Shown: positions 1 through 11,891 of the stretch, piece by piece
Numbering within the stretch: the stretch's first letter is position 1
Layout: every line of letters starts with the position of its first letter
From: Heterodontus francisci
Taxonomy: Eukaryota
Reading direction: 5' to 3'
Length of the DNA: 64,000 bases
NCBI RefSeq assembly: GCF_036365525.1
Contig: NC_090394.1
Location: forward strand, 74,030,146 to 74,094,145
Position numbers and translations under genes: made by a program
Notes under the pieces: generated by a model
The model's database searches: none
Told to the model about the DNA's origin: nothing
The model's input: the letters and a program-made list of their open reading frames with translations, nothing else

Positions 1-1231
1 GTGACTTGGAGGGGAACTTGCAGGTGGTGGTGTTCCCATGCATCTGCTGCCCTTGTCCTTCTAGGTGGTAGAGGTCGCAGGTTTGGAAGGTGCCATCGAA
101 GAATGTCAAGACTTGTTACACGGAATTCACAGCACAGAAACAGGCCATTCGGCCTAACTGGTCCATGCCAGTGTTTATGCTCCACATGAGCCACCTCCCA
201 CCTCTCTTCATCTCGCATATCAACTTATCCTTCTATTCCTTTCTCCCTCGTGTGTTCATCCAGCTTCCCCTTAAATGCGTCTATGCCAGTGGTTCTCAAT
301 CTGGGGTCTACAGACCCCTGGAGTCCACAGAGATCTTCCGGGGGTTCACGATGCAGGGCTGGCTCATGGGTGGGTGACTCCCAGGGCGCCTGGTTAAGAG
401 TAAGGATGTGAGCAGCAGCCGGGGGCATGCTCTGCTCTCCCTGGGCTCCTGCTCTGTCCAGGATAAACAGACTCTTCAATGAGAAGCAGGCATACCCATC
501 TAACTGATGTCTATACTGCCCACTCCCTGTGGTAATCAGTTCCACATTCTGGGTAAAGAAGTTCCTTCTGAATTCCCTATTGGATTTATTCATGCCTCTT
601 ATATTTATGGCCCCGAGTGTTGGACTGACCCCACAAGTGGAAACATCTTCTTACCATCTATCCTATCGAACCCCTTCATAATTTTAAAGACCCCTCACCC
701 CTCAGCCTTCTCTTTTTTAGGTAAAAGAGCCCCCACCTGTTGACTGAGTTAATAAGGTACAGTGCACACTGACCAAACACTGTTCAAAGTCATCGCTGAA
801 TTATCTAAATGGAGCTCAAAAAAGGACCTTCTTAACAAAATGTTGGAACGGCCCTAGATGGGTGAGATCAGGTTGAGCGTGAGGCTTGTCAGAAACACTG
901 TGCAATCCCTGCTTGTTCTTGGCAATCTACCAAAAGGTGAATGCACCTGCATATCAAGGCATGATGAAGGGGAGAAAATGCTAGGACCAAAGGGGGAGGG
1001 TTGCTGGGAACCAAGAGAGATCAGCCATCATTCACCAACCAGCACCATCATCCCATATCTACAGGAGCACTCATCACTTTCTCCCTCTCCCACACAACAG
1101 GGGAAAAAAATGCCTGGGTTGTTCCCAAGCAAAATGATGAGAACAAACCAGCTTTTATTTGACACCGATCTCCGCCCTCTTGTAAATGAGCCATAACGCT
1201 GAATTCTGCAAACCTTATGCGGAATGAAGGG

Positions 1232-1327
1232 TATATAAAGGAGCGGGCACACTGCAGACATCATTCAGACTCACTCTCGCCACCTCAAAACTTGCTGTCT
1301 CTGGGAAACAAGGACGCTTACAGCCAG
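1232..1327 (+). promoter_or_regulatory. TATA box and putative non-coding exon 1 of parvalbumin/oncomodulin-like gene A
   Basis: TATATAAA at 1232-1239 and a donor CAG|GTGACT at 1327/1328. Parvalbumin genes typically have a short non-coding first exon. The TSS (about 1262) is inferred. Confidence 0.55.
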
Positions 1328-1344
1328 GTGACTGATGTTAAACT

Positions 1345-1368
1345 TTCTCTCTCTCTCTCTCTCTCTCT
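1345..1368. repeat. (CT)n microsatellite
   Basis: Directly visible just after the gene A exon 1 donor. Confidence 0.9.
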
Positions 1369-2221
1369 TTCTGCATCAGAGCAGGAGATCAGAAACTGAC
1401 CCTGTACCAGACTGAGGAACCATTGCACTGGAGGACTGGAGCCTGACTTGTACTTGATAGGAGAATTTCCACCTCTCCATCAGACAATTCAAGGTTCAAA
1501 TCCTGCTTTAGTCAGACCCCAAATACTGGGATGCCATCCAGTGGGATATTTTGCACCCAGTGGGTGTGAATGCCTCACTGCCACCTCATCATATAAGTTT
1601 TGGGAACCCATAAAACCCTCCTGCCTTGTAGGACTAACCCCCGCTCATAAGCTGGGATAGGATTGTCAAGGACATGGAAAGAGAATTCACCTTAAAACCC
1701 ATCGGACTGTTAACCAACCTGCAAATCTTTCCACTACTTCCATTGCTGAATAGTGCAAAGATACAGCAACTGTAGAGCTATTTGGGGCCTTTCATTTTAT
1801 TCCACAGCCTCATACACTATGTGAGACTGCGCTCTTTTAAAGTTACAACTTTCATAGTGGCAAGGGGAAAAATGTCATGTTTATTTGTCATAAGGTTTTA
1901 TTCTGTGGTCAGGCGAGAAGATTCAAAATCAGTAAGTGCTATAAATAGGTAAGATTTTGCTTTAAGGAATGTATTCCAGGAATTAAAGGTGCCCAGAAAT
2001 CCCAATCAGGCGTCAGTTACTCCCACTAAGGTCCTTCCCTTTCTCTCTCAATTCTACTTCAAGAAGAATAAAACATAATTTCTCTTTGTCAAACCAAGTT
2101 TGGTGAATTTGAGTGCTCGACAAAATAATGTTGTTAAAATACTCTTTGCTCAGACATAACAGAGTTGAGATTAAAAGCTTGTATGACGTTTTTGCTTTAT
2201 CTTCCTTCTGATAGTTTAACC

Positions 2222-2282
2222 ATGAAAATCACAGACCTCCTGGGAGCTGGTGACATCAACTCTGCCATTTCAGAATGCAAAG
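2222..2282 (+). CDS. Gene A coding exon 1 ([20 protein letters not shown])
   Basis: Acceptor AG 2213-2214, ATG 2222, donor G|GTAAAG; 61 nt. Confidence 0.92.
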
Positions 2283-5200
2283 GTAAAGTTTTCATCTTCC
2301 ATGATTTAGCTGCAAAAACACAGAAGTCTTAAGGGGACTTTAAGTAAATATACTGTAGTCTTAGACTATTGCAATATTACATTTTACAAGGGGATTTTAA
2401 ATATTAATATGAACATGGACAATTATGAGATTAACTCTAGAGGAAAGCATTAAACTGCTTTGTAAAGGAGACATTTACCTTTACAGAGCCCAAAGAGGGA
2501 GATTGAACAAGTTTGGGCTCTTTTCTGCTGAAAAGAGAGAAAGATGACCTGATCGAGGTTTTTAAGATTATGAAAGGGTTTGATAGGGTAGACGTAGAAG
2601 AGATGTTTCCACTTATGGGGAGACCAACACTAAAAGCCATAAATTAAGACAGTCACTAATAAATTGAATATGGAATTCAGGAAAATCTTCTTTACCCAAT
2701 GGGTGGTGAGAATGTGGAACTCACTACCACATGGAGTGGTTGTGGCGGATAGCATAAATGCATTTTGATGAACACGTGAGGGAGAAAGAAATTGAAGGAT
2801 ATGTTGATAGGGTGAGATGAAGAGGGATGGGGAGGAGGCTCATGTGGAGCATAAACACTGGCACAGAACAGTTGAGCCAAATGGCCAGTTTCTGTGCTGT
2901 ACATTCAATGTAATTCTATGAGATACTCTCAAATCAGATAAAGCCGAGCTGTGCAAGTTGACTTAAATGCCTGCACCCAACTCGGCCCAACAGGCTATGA
3001 ATGGTGAGGCTGTTAGAAATGTTTCAGCCACTGTTGGGAAATTAACGATGTTGCAGCCAGTTACCCTTAAACTATAATAATGTTCGAGCTTAAAATACTG
3101 CCTCCCCACTGACTGCAGTTATACTGCAGCGCATGTTGGTGCTAGGTCATCGCAATAAACTGGTCCTGGTACCAACAGTGGACTTTTCAGAGCTCCAGTA
3201 TTGTTATATCCATTTACATTACGTGCTACACAGTCTACCATGGCATCAAAGTAGGACAGAAGTCCAGAGGGTTCAAACCATGGTGTGCACGATTAGTATT
3301 GAATGCATTTAGATTTGTATGAAATCTGTTTGCTTGCTATTTTAATGCAGACAGTAAGCCTTTACTAAAAACATGCAGCTATATTGCCATTGTGGAGAAC
3401 TCAAAGAGTTCTTTACGTTCCATCTCAACTTGTCAGCCAGGCGAGGGGCAAACTTGTTTCAGTGCTGCATGAATCTAAACAGTGTAGGGTCATTTCAACC
3501 CTCTTAGTCTCATTGCTACCACGTTTTTCTTACCCTCTCAGCCCCTGAGTCATTTGACTTCAAGAAGTTCTTCAAAGCATGCGGTCTGACTAAGAAATCC
3601 GCAGAAGAGGTGAGGAACGTCTTCTCAGTTCTGGATCAGGATGGCAACGGCTACATCGATAAGACTGAACTCAAGTAAGAACACGTTGCATATAAAGCTT
3701 TAAGTCAGGAAATTCAATGGGGTAGGTCTTGGTTTTCAGCCCCCTGGGCAGCAATCTGGCACAACCAAACACCCACTGATTTGACAACCCTCCCGCTCAT
3801 TTCATTGACGAGAATTTACCCCCATGTTTCAAATTCTTCAATGGTGTCCTGAACGAATGCGGCCACCTTTCAATTGTGACATCTTGTGCATTTCTGACAA
3901 TGGTGTTGGAGGAGGCATACGGATAAAGTTGCTTCAGAATTGCTATCATAGTTCATGTTGATCTAAATGAGGGATTGAGGAGGTGAAATTGATCTTGTTA
4001 GGAGGTAGCACAAATTGGATGGTCATGAATCATCCGCAGGTTTTACTCCCCGCCCCATTTCTTATCCATTGTCTTCAATGAGAAAAACATGTGTAAATCC
4101 TATTTGCCAATTCAATGTCGCCCATAACAGAAAATTGGGATCCTTTAATTCTTATTGTATTAGAAACATAGGAAAAGGGGGCCATTCAGTCCCTCAAGCC
4201 TGTTCCTCCACTCAATCAGATCATTGCTGATGTGACCTAACTCCATATACCTGTCTTTGTCCCATGTCCCTTAATACCCTTACCCCAAAATATCGATTTC
4301 TTTCTAAAGCGTGATCACGTGTCATATGACCAAATCCTTCAAAAGCACATGGTGAAATTGATCTCAGGAGGGTTGCTCACATCTAGTGTGGCAAACAGCA
4401 ACCACATCGCCAGTTCTAGCTCAGTCCTCCTGCCAGCTTCGGACCTGTTGGCCAATTAACCTCAGGAGCCACATATATAAAGCCACACAACACTACAACA
4501 GCAATGGAAAAAAATCCCACAGTACAAATACTGCAGATGCTGCAAATCTGCAACAAAGCAAACTGGAGATACTAGAAAGGCTCCGCAGGTCAAGATGGGG
4601 GTACCTGTGGAGAGAACAGACGAGGTGTTTGTGGGAATGGACGCTTCTTCAGAACTGCTGCAACTAATGCTAACTGTGTGTCTGAGTGTTATTGAACAAA
4701 GGGAGTTTAATATGCTGATATCGATTGAACGGAGAATCATTGATGTCAATCTGCTGAATGGTGTTTTTGATGGATGACTGGTTAACACATTAATCATCAC
4801 TCTTCATGGGTAATTCAAACTGCTTGGCACAGATAAACTAATTAAGCCATTGCTATTCTATTCAATTCCAAACGTCCTAGGTGACTTAATTGGCAGAAGA
4901 ACCAGATGCAATATGAGAATTTTTTTTTTCACTCGGCAGGTTGTTGTTATCTGGAATGCGCTGTCTGAAAGGGTTGCGGAAGCAGATTCAATAGTAACTT
5001 TCAAAAGGAAATTGGATAAATACTTGAAAAGGAAACATTTTTGCAGGGCGGTGGAGAAAGAGCAGGGGAATGAGACTGAGCTCTTTCAAAGAGCATGCGC
5101 AGACACGATGGACCAAATAGCCTCCTTCTGTGTTGCATGATTCTGACGTGGGATCATTTATATTTTTTGCCAGGAATCACATTCTGCAGTTGCACCTACA

Positions 5201-6911
5201 CAGGCTCCGAGTCCAACAATGCCTCGACTTTAGAATTCACATCCTTATTTTCAAATCCCTCCATAGTCTCACTCCTCCCTATCTCTGTAATCTCCTCCAG
5301 CCTTCAATATCTCTGTTCTCTAATTCTGGCCTCTTGCGCATCCCTGATTTTAATCACTCCACCATTGGTGATGTCTATATATATTTAATATACACACACA
5401 GAAGCTCTTTGTGTTGTAGATTGATCAGTCAGTCTTATTTATCTGCTTCAGGATGTTTCTCCAATATTTCTCCGCTGATGCCAGGGTACTGAGTGATAAA
5501 GAGGCCCAGTCTATGATCTTTGCTGCAGACAATGATGGTGATGGTAAAATTGGAGCCAAGGGTAAGTTAAACACTTTTTAAACAAATCACAAACCAGATC
5601 AAATGGCTTTGGCTGCTGTTCACTTGGGGAATGATGATATATGGCAGAGCATAAACCATTTTGCTGATCAACTAAGGCTCAGTGGGTAACATTCTCACCT
5701 CTAAGTCAGAAGGAAGTTGGTTCAGGCTCCACTCCAGAGACCTGCTGACATAATCAAGGTTGGCATTCCCAGTGCAGTACTGACAGAGTCCTTCTCTGTT
5801 GGAGGTGCTGTCTTTTTGGATGAAATGTTAAACTGAGGCCCCATCTGCCCTCTCGGGTAAAAGATCTCATGCCTCTATTTTGAAGAAAAGCAGGGGAGTT
5901 TTCCCTGGTGTCCCGGCCAATGCTTATCCCTCAACCAACATCACAAAAACAGATGAACTGCTTATTATATTTGTGGGAGCTTGCTGTGTGCAAATTAACT
6001 GCCGCTTTTCCTACATTACAACAGTGACTACACTTCAAAAGAACTTCATTGACTGTAAAGCGTTTTGAGATGTCCTAACTTTGTGAAAGGTGCAGAATAA
6101 CTACAAATTCTTTCTTTATAAAATATAACAAATTTTATTTATTTCTGTCTGTTTTTTTTATAATGCAGGTTATTTTTCCTAGTAACTTCCCTGATGTTTG
6201 TTTCCACAATTATTCCCTCTGTACATGTTGCTTGAAATTAATATGTCTCATTGATCATGCTAAAATTTCTCTGCATCCAAAAGTTAAAGGAGGTGCGATG
6301 TTTTGTCTTGCTCCCTCTCTATCTATCCTTCTCTCTATGTTGGTTTTTCTGTGTTGTTCTTTGTCCCTGTTTGCGTATTTCCTATGTGTGCAATACTTTC
6401 AATTATGCTTTCAAACAGTGATTATTACAATCAATGAAATACTTCTGTTCGCTATCTCTCCTGAAAGGGGGAAACTAATCACAGAAAAGTACTTGAAGGG
6501 AAAGAAATTGCAGGGCTATGGGGAAAGAGTGGGGGAGAGGGACAAGTTGGACAGCTCTTTCCAATGAGCCAGCACAGGCATGATGGGCTGAATGACCTAT
6601 TTCTGTGTTGTATAATTTTATGACACCTCGTTCCAGAGGTCACAAGTGTTCCATTATCAGACTGCCACTAAGGACTGTATAATAGGCCTCCAAGAGGCAC
6701 CAGAGACCAGGCATGGTGACGGCCAGTCAGAGATTTCCCTCGTCCTCAGCTTCTCCTTGGACCTCCCAGTTTAATGCAGCTTAACTCCAGTGCTTAGGCG
6801 AGCTTAAATCTGCATCCATCCCAGTTCACCTCACCCTGTTATTGGTTTATTAAAGTGTGCAAATTACCTTGTGTTTTCATTGCAGAATTCCAGCAACTAG
6901 TTCATTCCTAA
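2222..6911 (+). CDS. OCM: Parvalbumin-family EF-hand protein, oncomodulin/CPV3-like, gene A; join(2222-2282,3542-3674,5452-5561,6886-6911), 109 aa
   Basis: Spliced by hand, all introns GT-AG, exon sizes 61/133/110/26 as in parvalbumin genes: [109 protein letters not shown]. Two EF loops, an oncomodulin-like C-terminus (VHS) and linkage to CCZ1. The symbol denotes lineage, not proven 1:1 orthology. Confidence 0.93.
3542..3674 (+). CDS. Gene A coding exon 2 (AB domain end and CD EF-hand)
   Basis: Pyrimidine tract with CAG acceptor, donor AA|GTAAGA; 133 nt; encodes [12 protein letters not shown]. Confidence 0.95.
5452..5561 (+). CDS. Gene A coding exon 3 (EF EF-hand)
   Basis: CAG acceptor, donor G|GTAAGT; 110 nt; encodes ARVLSDKE and [11 protein letters not shown]. 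Confidence 0.95.
6886..6911 (+). CDS. Gene A last coding exon (EFQQLVHS*)
   Basis: TGCAG acceptor; 26 nt ending in TAA. Confidence 0.92.
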
Positions 6912-7106
6912 AGAAGATTTGAGACCCAAGCTGGAGACTATTCCAGAAATCCTTAAAGCCTGTGTTCTGACGTGGTCAGTTACAATCTCTGAGGCAGCCA
7001 CACATAGATCTGAATGTATTTCTACAATCAAGTGGCAAAAGTGTATGCTCATAAAAATGCTTTGTGCTGCTTTGTTTGGTGCTTAAGGAAAAGTCTCTCA
7101 TAACCG

Positions 7107-7112
7107 AATAAA
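7107..7112 (+). terminator. Polyadenylation signal of gene A
   Basis: AATAAA about 200 nt after the stop, followed by a GT-rich tract. Confidence 0.65.
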
Positions 7113-10100
7113 ATACATTTTGGAAACAAGTTTATGGTGTGGCTTGTCTATTACTCTTTTGAAAGTGTTAACACAAGATACATTGATGGGACTTTATACA
7201 GTACTGAGGGAATGCTGCACTGTTGGAGCTGCCGTCTTTCAGATGAGATATTAAACTGAGGCCGCATCTACTCTCTGATGTACGTAAGAGATCCCAGGGC
7301 ACTATTCGAAGAACAGCAAGGGAGTTCTCCCTGGCATCCTGGCAAATAATTAACCCTCAACCAACATCACTTAAAAAAAAAGAATATCTCATCACTGTTC
7401 GTGGGATCTTACTGTGCTCAAATTGGCTGCCACGTTTCCTACATTCCAACAGTGACTGCACTTCTAAAGTAGTTCCTGGTTGTGAAGTACAACAGGATGC
7501 CCTAAGGATGTGAAAGGTGCTATATAAATGCAAGTTATTTCTCTATTGCCTCTTACACTAAAACCCTGTACAGAGGCTGCAGCCTGATGGGGTACAGTCG
7601 CATGCTGGTTATTTTACTAGCCTAGTAACCCTCGTAGTCTAGATGCCTGGCCCCATGAGTTCAAATCCCACCATGGTAGTTGGAGAACTTCAACTGATTA
7701 AATAAAAACATGGAATTAAAAAGCTAGTATCAGTAACGGTGACCGGATTATTATAAAATAGAGGAGATTTTCAAGGAGGCTGCCTCCAAGAGCCCTGTTC
7801 AGTGAAGGATGGTGGGCAGACTCTGCAGTCAGGAGGGCCAACAGGAGCGCCCAAGGCTCTGGGCAGCCAGCAGCCCCACCAGGAGAGGTGGGCACTGTCT
7901 CTGTAGGAGGGCAATCGCGATGGTACGAAATATACTGTGGTCACAGCTGCCAGGCCATCATAGCAGAGGGGGAGCTTCTCCACAGCATGGCCTGCAGCTG
8001 TGACTGTAACCTTGCAGTCAAGCAGATCCATGCTGGGCTGCTTTCCAGGATGTGCATCTGGCCTGCTGCAGGGAGGCTGTCACCATTCCAGCCACAGGCT
8101 CCAGCCACATCGGGGGCGACTGTCCATTGACAGTGTGAGAAGTGCCCTCAATTGGCACTTTAATTGGCTTGATTGGCTCCCCCATTGCTTGTGGGTGGGT
8201 AGACATCATCCCCCAGAAGCTGCCTCCCCGACAATAGGCTGGAGACGGGAACATGCCGGCTGGCCGGGAGTGAGAAATTGCCGGAACGCCCGCCTCCAAA
8301 CCCACCTCAGGATGAAAATTCTGTCTGTTTATTCTACAACCCTCACTGCTTGACACCTGTTGAAACACATTTGTCTGTTTAATGTGTATAATCAGAAAAG
8401 AGAAACACGGGGCGGGACCTTACCACGGGCTTCGGGACCCCAGCGTCAGGACAAAATGGGACTCCCGGGTCTGCACTTGTTGGCGGCGGGACCAGCTCAG
8501 CAATCGTACCAGAGGTAGCCTCCTAATTGGCCGCCTCCAGACTCTCTGAGGGACTAATTGTATAGCTTTGTCAGAGAGCCAGCACAGGCACGATGGACTG
8601 AATGGCCTCCTTCAGTGCTGTATGATTCTATGATTCAGCTGCAAACAGAATCCTACCCTTTGACCCTCATGACAGTCTCTTTGAGGCGAATATTGGTTTT
8701 AATCTGTGGTCACGCTCCTGCCAGTTCTGACACTCATTTCCTATTGAAAATTGACTTCCTCTGCAAGATGAGGGATGCATAGATATTCCGGGGATGGGGG
8801 GACAGGGGACATGTTTCATGGCCTCTTGTAGAGAGTGTAAGTTGCCTTAGTAACACAATTTAACGGAGCTGAGTATTTCAGAAGCACTCGTTCATTGTGG
8901 GCCCGATGATACTTACTCTCAGCATCATCTTTCCAAGTTCAAAAATGTTTGTAGCCTGCGCTATGACTTATCAACAATCTTCATTCCGTCCTCAGGATTG
9001 CAACTCCAGGAGGTCACTGGATCAATTCAGGACAAGTATACAATTAAATCTGTTCACACCAACATGTGTGACACCTGCAACTAATAATCATTTATCATAG
9101 CCTCCTTAATGGCTGCTCCCGTATATTGTTACATCCTTGTTTTCAAATCCCTCCACGGTCTCGCCCCTCCCTATCCATGTAATCTCTTCCAGCCCCACAA
9201 CCCTCCGAGATCTCTGCGCTCCTCCAATTCTGGCCTCTTGAGCATCCCTCGATTTTAATCGCTCCACCATTGGCGGCCGTGCCTTCAGCTGCCTGGGTTC
9301 TGACCTCTGGAATTCCCTCCGTAAAGCTTAAAAGGAGATGGAGGCATTGGTGAAGGTGCAAAAAAGGATTCACAGCGATGATACCAGAACTGAGAGGTTA
9401 TACCAAACAGTAAAGATTGAACAGGTTGGAGCTCTTTTCTCTAGAAAAGAGAAGGCTGAGGGATCACTTGAGAGAGGTCTATAAGATTATAAAGGGCTTG
9501 ATAGGGTAGCTATAGAGAAGATATTTCCACTTGTAGGGGAGGCCAGAACTTGGGGCCATAAATATAAGATAATCACTAATAAATCCAATAGGGAATTCAG
9601 GAGAAACTTCTTTACCCAGATAGCGTTGGGAATGTGAACTCGCTACCACAGGGAGTGGTTAAGATGAATAACATGAATGCAAGGTAAGCTGGATAAATAC
9701 ATGAGGGAGAAAGGAACAGAAGGATGTGTTAATAGGGTGAGATGAAGAAGGAAGGGATGAGGTGTGTGAGGAATATAAATGTCAGTATGGACCAATTGGG
9801 CTGAATGGCCTGTTTCTGTACTGTACATGCAATCTAATTCTATGAAATTCTGACAAACACAACATACGTGGTGCACCATTAATACTTTTTAAACCTACTT
9901 TTCCTCAATTTAAATGTTTAGGGAGTGTGGATCCTCCCCTTCTATCCGAAGATTTAAATTTCTAAGAGTTGTGAGATGGCATCTGCACACGGACATGAGG
10001 AGAGCTCTCTGCTAACTAGGGCTCTTAATGGTCTAAAATGAAAGCAAAATACTGCAGATGCTGGAAATCTGAAATATAAACAGAAAGTGCTGGAAATACT

Positions 10101-10136
10101 CGGCAGGTCTGGCAGCATCTGTGGAGAGAGAAGCAG

Positions 10137-10173
10137 AGTTAACGTTTCAGGTCTGTGACCTCTCATCAGAACA
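10137..10173 (-). ncRNA. Hammerhead-like motif, family B (PLE pseudo-LTR)
   Basis: Minus strand: GTT-CTGATGA-G-AGGTC-ACA-GACCT-GAAA-CG-T-T-AAC. Confidence 0.6.
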
Positions 10174-11576
10174 GTTTACACACAGCAAGATCCCGAAAAC
10201 TGCAGTGTGAAAATGACCCGATAATCAAGTTTAGTGATGTTGGTTGAGGGATAAATATTGGCCAGGACACCAGGGAATAACTCCCCGGCTCTTCTTTGAA
10301 ATAGTGCCATGGGTTCTTTTACATCTACCTGAGAGGGCAGACAGGGCCTCTGTTTAACATTTTATTCAAAAGATGGAATCTCTGACAGTGCAGCATTCCC
10401 TCAGTACTGCACTGGAGTGTCATCAGTTAATGGTCTAGCTGGAGCCGAGTGGAGCAGTGTGAATAGGATCGTGCCTGCCTGGAACGTGACCAAGTGCTCA
10501 CAGTCTCAGACCATTAACATCACAGACACCTGAGTGTCACCTGAGAATCGGAGGGATGGCAAGTGTGTTAAACAGATTCTTCCACCAATTACATTTACGC
10601 TTCATGCATTGCACTCAAAGAATGGTCAATTTCCTGTCTCTATCCAATGTAAAGCTCACAACACACTCAAACGTTATTAGGTTCCAGAAATGAACTTCAG
10701 GGATAAAGTAGCTTTACAGAAAGAATGAACTGACATTTCTATTAGCACCATTCACAACCACCGGATGTGCCAAAACACTTCACAGCCAATCAAGCACTTC
10801 TGAAGTGTTGTAGGAAATGTGGCAGCCAATGTACACACAGCAAGATCCCACAAGCAGCAATAAGATTATCTAGTTTCAGTGATGATGGTTGAGAGATATG
10901 GCCAGGATACCAATGAGAGCTTCCTGTTCTTCCTCAAATGGTGCTTTGGAATATTTACATCCACCTGACAGGACAAACGGGCCTCGATGTAACGTCTCGT
11001 TCAAAAACGCCACTTCAACAGTGTAGTACTGCCTCAGCACTGCACTTTAGTGTCAACCTTGATTGTCTGCTCAAGTCTCTGGTATGATTTATTAAGTAAA
11101 TGCTGCAGTGGAATTGCTTTTAAAATGCACTATACAAAGTTACAGCACAAAGCTGCTCATTCAGGAAAAACTAACACAGTTTAAGCATTTGAATGATCAG
11201 TGAAGTTTAGAAAACCCTCAGTGCAGTTAAACCTCTCATGAAAAATCTGCTAGACCAGAGCATCAGACACAATACAATCATTAAGAATCATAAAATTTTA
11301 CAGCGCAAAAAGAAAGAAAGACTTGCTTTTATATAGCACCTTTCATGACCACCGGACATCTGAAAGCAGTTTGCAGCCGACAAAGTACTTTTGAAGTGTA
11401 GTCACTGTTGTAATGTAGGAAATGCGACAGCCAATTTCCACACAGCAAGCACCCACAAACTGCAATGTAATAATGACCAGATAATCTGGTTTAGTGGTGA
11501 TGGCTGAAGGATAAATATTGGCCAGATCACCAGGGATAACTCCCCTGCTCTTGAGAATTGCTGAAAATAGACATGC

Positions 11577-11610
11577 TGTCGAAGCTTTTCGTCTTGCACT
11601 CATCAGGACA
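11577..11610 (-). ncRNA. Minimal type I hammerhead ribozyme motif
   Basis: Minus strand reads TGTC-CTGATGA-GT-GCAAG-AC-GAAA-AGCT-T-C-GACA: stem I, intact core, 2-bp stem II, palindromic AGCT loop III. Confidence 0.8.
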
Positions 11611-11857
11611 GCCCGCAAGAATAACCAGTGTAAGGGAAAACATGGCATAATTCAGGGTAATGCCTTGACCAATTAGAGTCAAGCTGCCTGGTTTAAATTT
11701 CAAACAAAGCTTGGCAATTAACTGTCAGTCACCATAAACTGCTGTATTCTCCATGGCAACACCTCTACTGATCAGAATTCACTTGCCAACCAAGTAGCAT
11801 TCTCTTCTCATGCAGTATAAATTGTTGTTTTCCCTTACATTGGTTATTCTTGCGGAT

Positions 11858-11891
11858 TGTCCTGATGAGTGCAAGATGAAAAGCTTCGACA
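11858..11891 (+). ncRNA. Minimal type I hammerhead ribozyme motif
   Basis: TGTC-CTGATGA-GT-GCAAG-AT-GAAA-AGCT-T-C-GACA. Confidence 0.8.
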
